Below, piece after piece: positions 23,136-34,125 of a stretch of DNA of 64,000 nt (positions are counted from its first letter, which is position 1; the number at the start of each line of letters is the position of its first letter). This DNA comes from Macrostomum lignano (taxonomy: Eukaryota), in contig NIVC01002406.1 in NCBI GenBank assembly GCA_002269645.1, forward strand, positions 113,398 to 177,397, given 5' to 3'. The notes beneath the pieces were generated by a model, which worked only from the letters and a program-made list of their open reading frames with translations, searched no databases and was not told the DNA's origin. A program made the position numbers and the translations under genes.

Positions 23136-24018
23136 ACTCCCATCAGGAGATTATCCCAAATGTGGCTAGGCCTTAATTAATAATAATATAAATAAGCTAC
23201 AATATATAACAAGGTTCTTATTAAAATAGACATATAAGACTATTATATGTTTGTATATTAAAGAATCATTGTACTACATGATCAAACTTATTCTTAGTCC
23301 TTAAAATCATATTTTTATATAAATTTAACAAAGTTAGCCTTATTTTCTAAACAAAATTTATTCTAGTTGCTTTCAACTTTCCTTGCTATCAAAAGAAAGA
23401 TTTATAATCAAAGATCATATATAAATTTATTCTGTTTTACTATTTAATATCTATATATTTTACTTAAGATAAAATCCTTACTATATTAAAAATGTAAAAA
23501 AATATAGCTTGAGTTTTTTGCTAGAGCAATGATGCAAAATTGCATGTAAGGTCTAAAAAGATTGAAAGATATAGTTTTAAAAGATAGATGCGATAGCATA
23601 TTTATTGCACAAAATTTAGGTGTTGCTATATATCTAAATTAGAGTTAAATTGTATAATAAGACAATTAAGGGGGTGCAGTGCCCAAATTGGTATATTTAT
23701 AAAATAGTAACTTAAGTAAAGTGAGTATAAAACGGGTAGAATATGCAACTAAAGAAAGAGGTAGGATTGAAGAGCCAACTAGATGGCAAAAAGATAGATA
23801 ATGATAACAAGATTAAACTAGACAAAGAGAGAAAACAGAATAAATTAAGACAAATTAAGTTTAACTAAAGAAATGACTAAGTTGCAATAATCACTATCTA
23901 TTGAGTGCTATCCAAAGGGTATTTTATCCTAGAAGCTAGAGGTACCATAACAAGGATACTATTTTTATCCAAGGGATACTGTCCTAAAAAGACTATTCTA
24001 GGGTATTTTTCCATTCTA

Positions 24019-24707
24019 CCTATACTAAATCTCTAAGGTTTGTTTGTTTGTCTGTCTGTAACGCTCTAGAGATCGCAATTCTTGACCGATTTTGATCGCG
24101 TTTTCGCCAAAAGATTCAAAATTGTCTGGAAAGAAGACAGTTAAAATTTCTTTAATCTGCTTCAATGCTAAAGGGATTAAATATTCGAAAAACGGTTTTA
24201 AATGGGCAAATTCAATGTATTTTTTATCAAACTGCTCGCAGCGATAGAATTCACAGCCAATTTTAATGATTGTGCCAGAGTAACTGATCAGAAAGCTCAT
24301 ACATGTGCAACCTCCAAAATTCGGTCAGCTGTGCGACTTAGTTTTAACAAAAATGCGACGTAGTTTTTGGCCAAAAATGCGACTTACATATAACAAAACC
24401 CGAAAGCAAAATTAACGCAACTTTGGGTAAACGGCAGGAGTAACTATAACTGTTTTATTAAGCTAAAATGCCTCATCAGCTACTTAGTACTACTACTTTT
24501 GTTTTGTTTTTTTTGGGTGGGCATTTTTGCGACTTCCTTGGTTGGCCGCCAAATCGGTCGGCCGGATTGGCCGACTCCGCCAACTGTTGCGCATGTATGA
24601 GAAAACTCACTGGGCCCCACTGGCGAGATAACAAACTCTATTTAAATTTCGCAACCATTAAATGGGTGAATATAAAAAGTACTCTCGATGCTGGCAGACA
24701 GCTCTAG
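24019..24707 (+). mobile_element. Non-autonomous Helitron-like element, interrupted by hAT MITE copy 3 and followed by a partial tandem copy (~24712-24860)
   Basis: 5' tatactaa..gtttgtttgtttgtctgtctgt..ccgattttgatc layout; 3' gctg..cagc hairpin followed by CTAG|T. About 150 bp recur in direct orientation just downstream. Confidence 0.5.
24298..24599 (-). mobile_element. hAT MITE family catacatgcgc, copy 3 (reverse orientation)
   Basis: Reverse-complement homology to copy 2. TSD agaaagct/agaaaact (1 mismatch). Confidence 0.85.
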
Positions 24708-26439
24708 TTAGCTATCGCTCTACAGACTGCAATTCTTGACCAATTTTGATCGCACTTTCGCCGAAAGATTTATAGTTATCTGAAAAAAAGACAGTTAGAA
24801 TTTCTTTAATCTGCTTCAATGTTGAAGGCATTAAATATTCGAAAATCAAGTTTTCCTATAATTTTAATGCAAGGTTGAATTCTTGGCTGGCTGAATTCCA
24901 AATCTAATTTTGATTGCGCCACAACTGTGTACTGCATATTCTCGCTATACGCTGACTCCAAGCTTTTTAGGTGGAGGCAGTATGCCAAGCATAGCGCAGG
25001 CACTTTGGAGGGAGAGAGGAATCAGCCAGTGCATTTTAAAAGTATTGAAATTAAAATAATGCTCAGTGGCTGCGTGTGTACATTCTTTTGACCCTGGCTA
25101 AATGGCGGACTGCATAGACAATTGCTATTTATAGATTTCTCTTAACTGTGCATTGGCTCTGGCAGCACCAAACCTGTGCACACTGAGCAGCCTATCACTG
25201 CTATGTATTTGACTGCAATGTCGAAGCATATATGGCTGATTTTTGCGCCCTCCCATCATCAGTAGGCGGAATAGCCGCAGTGTAGGCACTACGACTAGGT
25301 TTAGGCTAGGCGTAAGGTCTAAGGTACGAGTCCGCCTCGCAGGCCAATAATTAAAATTAAATAAATTAGTTCATTTATAGCTTGCGCCTCAACTAATTGA
25401 ATCATTTTTGATTAATTAGTAAGCCACACTCAATGAATGATTTTTGCTATTCAACACAAGTTGCTAAACAAACTTGATTTTGTCAATTTGAATTTGATTT
25501 GATTTCAGCCAGTGCATTTTAAAAATTGATTTGTAGAAAAACTGTTTTGTGTATTATTGCTCCCGAATTGCAGACGATGCTGCTAAATAGCTAAACAGCT
25601 GAAGGTACTGCTAAATGATGAGCTGCGCAAAAGACTGCCGATATGTATCGCAAAATTGATTAGTGAGCTGTACTAAATACTGAGCAAATTATCAGATTAC
25701 TGAAAGAATCATTGCTGAGAAGACTCATTCATGCAGACTGCAATGGGAAAAATTGAAAAAAAACTGCTGAGGTATTCCTCCAGACTTATGAGTGTATAGC
25801 AGAGCAAGTTGTTGAGGGGATACAAGTAACTGCGGACTGCTGAGTGAATTATTGTAGTTTGCCAATGTTAATGAAAGTTGTAGACAGCAAGGTGGATACT
25901 CGTACCTGCAGGCTGCTAAGAGTATGACTGCAGTCTGTTTGCGGGATTAGAAGTGATAGCTAATTTCAGGTTGTTGTGGGGATAACTGCCAATTTCTATG
26001 GGGAGGGGTTAACTTCAAAGTGTGAAGTTACTAAACTTCTAGAATAGTATAAGTCTTTTAGTAGAAGGTCGGCAGTTTGAGTCTACATTGAAGTAGCGAA
26101 TTTATCTTTGTGATAATAATCATTGTTTCCTATGGGTTAAGGGTTAGGCTTAGGGTTCAATTATAGAGCGATAGTTGTGTCAATCATTAATGATCCATCG
26201 AGGAATTGCTAAGATTAAATGCTCTTGGGGCGAATTACTTAATTGCTTTGGCTCTACTGGGAATTATTGACAGGTCAAGGCTTCCGGTGAAATTTAGATT
26301 TAAAAGCTTATGAGGAAGTTACTTTAATGCTGAGGCTCAATGCTCATTGTGGAAATTTCTAACATGCCAAGATTTTCTTATGGGTTAGGGTTAGAGGCTT
26401 AGGGTCAGTTTTGATTCAATCATAGATTAACCGCTGTCA

Positions 26440-27380
26440 ACCATCAATTAAAGACTTGCTAAGATATCTAAGCTCATCGGGGAATAGCTGAGTTGTCAAG
26501 GCTTATAAGGGGATTGCTGAGTTATCAAGGCTTATAAGGGGATTGCTGAATTCTTGGGAGAGGGGAGTTGGGTTGTTGGGATGTCATGGCTAATTACTGC
26601 AGTGGGAGAATTGCATAGATGTCGAGGCTGGAGTTTAATTGCTGCGATGTCGAGGCTTAATGTGGTTATTCCTGAGATGTCAAGGCTTACTGGGGAATTG
26701 CTGAGATCTCAAGACTTACTGGGGGAATTGCTGATATGCCAAGGCTAACTGGGGAAATTACTGAGATGTCAAGGCTTACTGGGGGAATTGCTGAGATGTC
26801 AAGGCTTACTGGGGGAATTGCTGAGATGTTAAGGCTTACTGGGGAAATGCTGAGATCTCAAGACTTACTGGGAAAAGTTTTGAGATCTCAGAGCTTACGG
26901 GGGAAATTGCTAACATCTCAAGGCTTACTGGGGGAATTACTAAGATGTCAAGGCTTACTGGGGGAATTACTGGGATGTCAAGGCTTACTGGGGGAATTGC
27001 TGATATGTCAAGTCTAACTGGGGGAATTACTGAGATGTCAAGGCTTACTGGGGGAATTGCTGAGATGTCAAGGCTTACTGGGGGAATTGCTGAGATCTAA
27101 AGGCTTACTTGGATCTCGAGGCTTACTGGGGAAATGCTGAGATCTCAAGACTTACTGGGAGAATTTTTGAGATCTCAGAGCTTACGGGGGGAAATGATGA
27201 GATCTCAAGGCTTACTGGGGGAATTGCTGATATGTCAAGGCTAACTTGGGGAATTGCTGAGATGTCAAGGCTTACTGGGGGAATTGCTGAGATCTAAAGG
27301 CTTACTGGGATCTCAAGGCTTACTGGGGGAATTTCTGAGATCTCAAGGCTTACTGGGGGAATTGCTGGGATGTCAAGGCT
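26440..27380. repeat. 30-bp minisatellite (gctgagatgtcaaggcttactgggggaatt)
   Basis: Roughly 25-30 units, well conserved from ~26670 and degenerate at the left end. Confidence 0.95.
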
Positions 27381-27754
27381 CATGGACAATGGCTGAATTG
27401 TTGGGGGGGTGTTAGGTTGTTAGGCGATTGTCAGATAGTCAGGTAGTATGGCTCAAGTAGCTCATGTAATTCAGATAATGAAAAAGTACACATAAGTGAT
27501 GCTGATTTCTGCTAATAGGAAATACCAGCGCATTCAGTAAAGGTTTGATCCTTTGATTTAGGCTAATATAGAGAGAGGGTCTAAGGGCATCAGGGATTTG
27601 CATATTGAGCTCCTGCTGCGGATTAGAATATGCCCCAGCCATTGACGATATCCATCAAGAGTTTGTGCTTGAAAAATAAGCACTATTTGCTGATTTAGAA
27701 AGGGTTTTCAGCTGATGAAGGAAACTTTTTTGGCTAATGAAAGGTGTCAATTAC

Positions 27755-27965
27755 AAGGCTCCCCAGCGGGGGGCTAAATGGCTAGTTCCATATACTAAAA
27801 ATGAAAATCTTGCTTGTTTGTATGAAATCGATTTTCTCCCGAAAGGCTCAACCGATTTTGTTCAAATATGCACTGTTCGATCAGAAATTTTCCCGGGATG
27901 GTACATGTATTTTGGCTAAGAAATTGTCCAATATTAAAGGGATTAAATATTCGAAAAACATGCTT
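27755..27965 (+). mobile_element. Helitron-like 3' end joined to a new Helitron-like 5' end
   Basis: GC hairpin gctcccc-agc-ggggggc then CTAG (27782-27785), T, then tccatatactaa..cttgcttgtttgt..aaccgattttg. Shares aaagggattaaatattcgaaaaac with the 24019 element. Confidence 0.5.
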
Positions 27966-29108
27966 TTTTGCAAAGGTCAAGCATTAAAATTCATTGTAAG
28001 AATGCTACCAGAAAAACTGACTGGTTGTTGAATTCTGATTCTAAAGTAGATTGCATCACAATACACTTTATTTATCGTCTGTGTACTGGCTGAATTTGAC
28101 ACTCAATTGAATTGCGTCACAGCTTTGAGTGTGAAAGCATAGCGCAGTACTCAATTTATATTACGTAACAAGCTGTTGAAACCCGCGGATTTTGAACCCG
28201 GGGGATTCCAATCCCCGGAACTACTTTTGCATGTATTCTGAAATCTAAGGTCATACACAAACAAAAACTTGTTAATAGTTAGTAGGATAGAGGTAGACAT
28301 AAAATGGACACATTCGTGTAAAATTAGGATTTGAAACAAACATTGATATTGTTGGCTGGGGTACTTCACAGAATGTCAGGCAATGTCTGTCTGACTCTAA
28401 AACATGTATTGGCAAACTCTGGCCTCCCCCTGACTCTCCCTATGTCCCTTGGATCCTTTAAAATTTCTATCGTCTCTTCTGTTTCCTCTCTTCTCTCTCG
28501 TCCCTCGTCTCTCCTCTCTCTTCTCTCCTCTCTTCTCTCATATCTTCCCTCATCTCTCTTCTCTTTCATCTCTCTTATCTTTTGTCTCTTTTCTCTTCTC
28601 TCCTCTCTCCTGTCTCCTCTCTACTTTTCGTTTTCTCTCTCCTCTCCTCTCTCCTCTCTACTCTTTCGTTTTCTCTCTCCTCTCCTCTCTCCTATCTTCT
28701 TTCGTATCTTCCCTCATCTCTCTTCTCTTTCATATCACTTATCTCATCTCTTCCCTTTTCTTTTCTCTCTCCTCTCCTCTCTCCTCTCTACTTTTTCGTT
28801 TTCTCTCTTCTCCTCTCTCTCCCTCTTCTCTCGTCTCTTCCTTCTCCTCTCTATTCTTTTCTCTCTTCTCTTAACTCTCTCCTCTCTCCTCTTTCCTCTA
28901 TCTCTCCTCTCTCCCCTCTTCTCTCGTCTCTTCTCTCACCTCTTTCCTCTTTCTCTTTCCTCTCATCTCTTTTCTTGTTTTATCTCTTCTTTCTCCCCTC
29001 GTCACTCGTCTCTTCCCTCACCTCTCTTCTCTCTTGTCTGCGTTTTTATCTCTCCTTTCTCTTCTTTTATCTTTTCTCTCTTATCTCTTCTCGTTTCTCT
29101 CTGCTCTG

Positions 29109-29168
<60 letters not shown>

Positions 29169-29177
29169 TCTCCTCTC

Positions 29178-30282
29178 CAGTGTTGGGCACTTCCGTTACC
29201 GAGTAACTTGCAAATGGTAACGCAAGTTACTTTTTCGTAAAGCGTTTCTTACGCAAGTTACTTTTTTATTTTAGTAACGGAGTAACGGTAAGTTACTCAA
29301 ATTTCGGAAGTCCGTTACAGTTACTTTGCAACAATCGCAATATTTAAATTAAAAACTGAAATGCTTAGCTAGTACGCCGGTTGTCACATGTTTTTGCATT
29401 TTTCATTCATAAATTCAAAATTAAGTGAATAGTATCATATGGTATTGCGCTTAATTAATGAAGAAATACTTGAAACATGTATTACTTTGTTAATATTGGT
29501 AAAATATTTTCGCCTTTCATTGAGGCTTTTCATATTACCAATTCCAGAATCAGAATCGGTTCGGATCTTCCAAGAAAAACAGCAGTATAACTATTTAATT
29601 CTGTTGAATGTTTGACTGCCTTAACAACCTCACTTAGCACAATTTTTCACTTTCTTCTTAGCGATTTTCATTCAATAATAAAAACTTTATAGCACGTATC
29701 TCCCTCTGGTTATGGAGACAAAAAGTTATACTTCACAAATTGGTTCTGATTCTGGAACCAGAACTAGCTATATGAAAAGGCCCATTTTCGTTACTAAAAA
29801 TTTTTAAGTTTGATTCAAACAAACAACCAAAGAAAGAAATTCATCTGTAGCCTCCACAAGTCCCTCCACTGGCACTGCAGTACACTACACCATTTTATAC
29901 AGTTCTATTTATTTTACTCTATTGAATTATTGATATTCGTATGTTTTATCATTTATAATTTTAATTATTGATTGCCATTGCCCATTGGTCCTTCTACTTG
30001 CCTCACATCGTGTCGCCAATTCCTGTCTCTGTCTGTTAATCGGTTAATCCCAATGCCCAATGGCAAATTTCGGTAACAACAATGTGAAAAAAATGTGCAA
30101 TGTGAAAAAAGCAGAAAATTTTGTTAATAACATGGGTAACGGAAGTGAGTAACGGACAGTAACTTAAAAGTTACCAGGTTTTTGTCTAAAGTTACTAGGC
30201 TAACGTAAGTTACTTTTTAAAAATTGGTAACTTAAGTTACAGTAACGCAAGTTACTTTTTTTGAGTAACTTGCCCAACACTG
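29178..30282. mobile_element. Non-autonomous hAT element (1105 bp)
   Basis: 12-bp TIR cagtgttgggca/tgcccaacactg, many subterminal gtaac/gttac motifs, and 8-bp TSD ctcctctc (29170-29177, 30283-30290). Confidence 0.92.
29522..29783. mobile_element. PIF/Harbinger-like MITE, copy 2, nested in the hAT element
   Basis: Same sequence family as 6654-6915; 3-bp TSD att/att. Confidence 0.8.
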
Positions 30283-31759
30283 CTCCTCTCCCATCTCTCT
30301 TCTCCTCTCTACTCTCTCCCCTCTTCATTCTCCTATTTCCTCTTCTCTCTCCCTGTCTCTCCTCTCTCCTCTAGTCTCTGTAATCTCTTCTCTCTTATCT
30401 CTCCTCTGTTCTCTCTACTCTCCCATCTCTCGTCTGTTCACCCTCATCTCTGCTCTCTCATCTGTCATCTTTACTCTCTAATACGTTCTCTCACTTATCT
30501 CCTCTGTACTCTTCTCTTTCACCTCTTCTGACTCCTCTCTTTCCTTACTCCTCTCTTCTTTTCTCTTCCCTCTTCTATACTCTCTCTCCTCTATTATCTT
30601 CTCTCGTCTCTCTGCACTCTCCTCTCACCTTTTTCATCTCTCATCTTTACTCTCTCATCTCTCCTTTCATTTGTCTCATCTCTACAATCTCATCTCTCCT
30701 TTCTCCCCTCTTCTTACACCCCACTCTTATCTCTATCTCTTCTCTTCTCACTCCTCTCTCCCCTCTTATCTCCTCTTTTCTCTATCCTTTCTACTCTCTC
30801 CTCTCCTCTTGACCCTCTGTCATCTTCTTTCTGCTCTCTCATCTCTACTCTCTTCTCACACTTCTCTACTCTCCTCTCATCGATCCTCTGTCTCATCTCT
30901 CCCCTCTTCTCACCTTTACTCTTTCCTCTCCCTCCTTTCTCCCCTCCTCTCGCTTCTTCCTCCCTTCATCTCTGCTCTCTCCTCACCACTTGTCTCTCCT
31001 CTTATCTTCCATGTTTTCTCTTATCCCCGTCTCGCCTCTCCTCTATTCTAATAGTCTATTCCTTCTCCTTTCCACTCTCATCTGGCCCGCACATAAGCTG
31101 GATTCTTTATCTGGCTTTTGAAGTAAAAGTCTGCCGATCCCTGCTTCGAAAGCCAGTTTGTGGGACGTACTACTCTCATCATTATTCTCATGGTTTGATC
31201 ACGTCATCTTTCTTGCCAATTTGCAGCCCTGAAAGGAATTTGTGTATCTTCAGCTCCACTACAGTCTGCATCAGTCTAACAACCAAGGAAATACGCATTT
31301 CTTAGGAGGCCATTTAAAATTTACACAGTACCTTTAAAAGAAACCTAAAATTTCCATGGTGTGCCTAATTTAGTAGGGTTGTATTGCATTGCATCGCATC
31401 GCCTTTTCATAAATATTTCGCTTTTACAAACCATGCTGGATAGTGGATTCCCTCGATTTGCCAATTGCCATCCAGTGTTAAACTGCTGCAGAGTTTGCCA
31501 ATACAGAGGACAGTGGTTAGAATTTCTCACTAAACTGTCACGGCTAAACGTAGCCTCTCCACTCTCGGGGTGCAGAGAAGGCTACAAATAAAGTTATTCC
31601 AAAACACTGTACATTTGCTATGTACATTCAGTCCTATCGCCTGACCCTTCGTCTGGCTCTGGGGAATGAGTGAGTGAGTGGCACAAACAACAGAAAAAGC
31701 AGACAAACTTCACATGCTTACAGTTTCTTTTTCGGTTGAGTTACAGAGTTGAAACTTTA

Positions 31760-32309
31760 CATTTAGATAGAGAATGAGTCAATGAAGAATTGTGTCAAGT
31801 TTGAAGTCAATCGCTTTACGTGGAGCAAACTTATGGCAGCTAAAAGTTAGTCAATTTTGAAACCCTTTTACACATCTGGGCCCAGATCGGGAAAGAGAGG
31901 CAGGCGGGCGGAGGTTGGGGTGGCTGCCTCGCTGAAAAAAACAGCCCAACTTTAAAAGTGCACAGCGGCTTTCAGGATTAACTTTGAGATTTGAAATTTT
32001 ACACGATTGTGTCAAAATAGTTGAAGATTGTCTGTGTTAAATTTGAAGAGAATCGGTAGAAGTGGAGCGGCGCTATGGAGGATTTAGTGAAAAAATCGCG
32101 CATTTTGAGCAGTTTTTTGTACTTTTAGGTAGGAAGACTTGAGTCTAGGAAATTAAAAGGTAGCCTAAGACATTCTCCGTAGTAAGTTTAGGGTGGGTGT
32201 AAAGTTTGGTGTAATTTGGTTGAGCGGTTTGGGAGTCCATAGCGATCAAAATTGTCCACACACAGACAGACACACACACACACAGAGTTTTGATTTTTAT
32301 ATGTAGAGA
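31760..32309 (-). mobile_element. Helitron/Helentron-associated (DINE-1-like) non-autonomous element
   Basis: Minus strand begins A|TCtctacatataaaa, then a (tg)n/tctg microsatellite and the aaccgctcaaccaaatt..caaacttt motif. Repeated aagtttgaag-tcaatcg motifs. 3' end not resolved. Confidence 0.45.
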
Positions 32310-32604
32310 TCATATTGTTAACTTTCATAGACACTGGTACTGACTTGCCAAGAAATTGATTATGTCATAACTGATTCATGTGACTTTTTACTCTACCTGA
32401 CTTGGTGTGAGTGTTGAATTATATAAGTAGTACAAATTCACTGATAACTTCAATGAGAGCTAGCCTAGAGCTGAACAGACCAGACTGCTAATGCAGCAAC
32501 CTGGGTTTGAATCTAAGTAGTTTAAAAGTAGTACTGTAAAATTTTTTATTAAAAGCTTTTAATAAAGGACTAAATAAAAACACTTAGATTACTGCACTGT
32601 ATAA

Positions 32605-33725
32605 GACAAAGATTATTGCTATTAATAAACCAAGGATTAATGCACTTGATTAATCAAGGATTATTGCTAATAATAAACCAAGGATGACTGCACTCGATAA
32701 GCCAAGAATCATTACTATCAATAAACCTAGGATTACTGCACTTGATAAGCCAAGGATTATTGCTATTAATAAACCAAGGATTAATGCACTTGAATAATCA
32801 AGGATTATTGCTATTAATAAAGCAAGGTTTACTGCACTTGATTAATCAAGGATTATTGCTATTAATAAACCAAGGATTATTGCACTCGAGAAGCCAAGGG
32901 TTATTGCTATTAATAAACCAACGATTTATGCACTTGATTAATCACGGATTATTGCTATTAATAAACCAAGGATTACTGCACTCAATAAGCCAAAGATTAT
33001 TGCTATTAATTAACCAAGGATTAATGCACTTGAATAATCAAGGATTATTGCTATTATTAAAGCAAGGATTACTGCACTTGATTAATCAAGGATTATTGCT
33101 ATTAATAAACCAAGGATTACTACACTAGATAAGCCAAATATTATTGCTATTAATTAACCAAGGATTAATGCACTTGAATAATCAAGGATTATTGCTATTA
33201 TTAAAGCAAGGATTACTGCACTTGATTAATCAAGGATTATTGCTATTAATAAACCAAGGATTACTACACTAGATAAGCCAAATATTATTGCTATTAATAA
33301 ACAAAGGATTACTGCACTCGATAAGCCAAGGATTATTGGTATTAATAAACCAAGGATTAATGCACTTGATTAATCAAGGATTATTGCTATTAATAAACCA
33401 AGCATTACTGCTCTTGATAAGCCAAGGATTATTGCTATTAATAAACCAAGGATTATTGCACTCGATAAGCCAAGGATTATTGCTATTAATAAACCAAGGA
33501 TTACTTCACTCGATAAGCCAAGGATTATTGGTCTTAATAAACCAAGGATTACTGCACTCAATAAGCCAAGGATTATTGGTCTTAATAAACCAAGGATTAC
33601 TGCACTCGATAAGTCAAGGATTATTGCTATTAATAAACCAAGGATTACTGCACTCGATAAGCCAGGGATTATTGGTCTTAATAAACCAAGGATTACTTCA
33701 CTCGATAGCCAAAGATTACTGCACT
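32605..33725. repeat. 24-bp satellite with alternating A/B monomers (48-bp and 144-bp higher-order periods)
   Basis: A = caaggattattgctattaataaac. B variants = caaggatta(a/c)tgcact(t/c)ga..taa(t/g)c. Confidence 0.95.
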
Positions 33726-33739
33726 TGATAAGCTTGGCT

Positions 33740-34125
33740 ACATGTATAGGATTATTTCTATCCAGGGATGCTTGCTATTTAGGGATTCTTGCTATGTGCA
33801 GGATGCTTGCTATTTAGGGATTCCTGCTATGTGCAGGATGCTTGCTATCTGGAAGGATGCTTCTACATTATTTGGGGGATGCTTGCTATCTGGGTGGATG
33901 CTTTTATCTAGGGGATGCTTCTATTTGGGGATGCTTGCTATCTGCAAGAAGCTTGCTATCTGCAGATGCTTGCTATCTGGGTGGATGCTTGCTAGGAGTA
34001 TTAGGGGATGCTTGCTTTCTGGGTGGATGCTTGCTAGGAGTATTAGGGGATGTTTGCTATCTGCGGTTGCTTACTTTTGGAGGCGGGTGCTTGCTACTGG
34101 GGGGATGCTTGCTGTCTTGGGAATA
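33740..34125. repeat. Degenerate ~20-bp minisatellite (ggatgcttgctat-)
   Basis: Recurring gatgcttgcta core directly abutting the 24-bp satellite. Confidence 0.85.

Larger units (their letters stand above)
28470..31050. repeat. Long CT-rich low-complexity region split by a hAT insertion
   Basis: c/t-dominated sequence at 28470-29177 and 30283-31050, including a pure (ct)n at ~29113-29164. Confidence 0.95.

Noticed and set aside
26130-26405. Telomere-like ttaggg motifs
   Set aside because: Only two or three degenerate units per patch; insufficient for an interstitial telomere.
26554-27297. Repetitive ORFs (GGIAEMSRLT)
   Set aside because: Stop-free translation of a 30-bp minisatellite with frameshifts between arrays.
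28331-31051. S/L/F-rich ORFs up to 291 aa
   Set aside because: Translations of CT-rich sequence.
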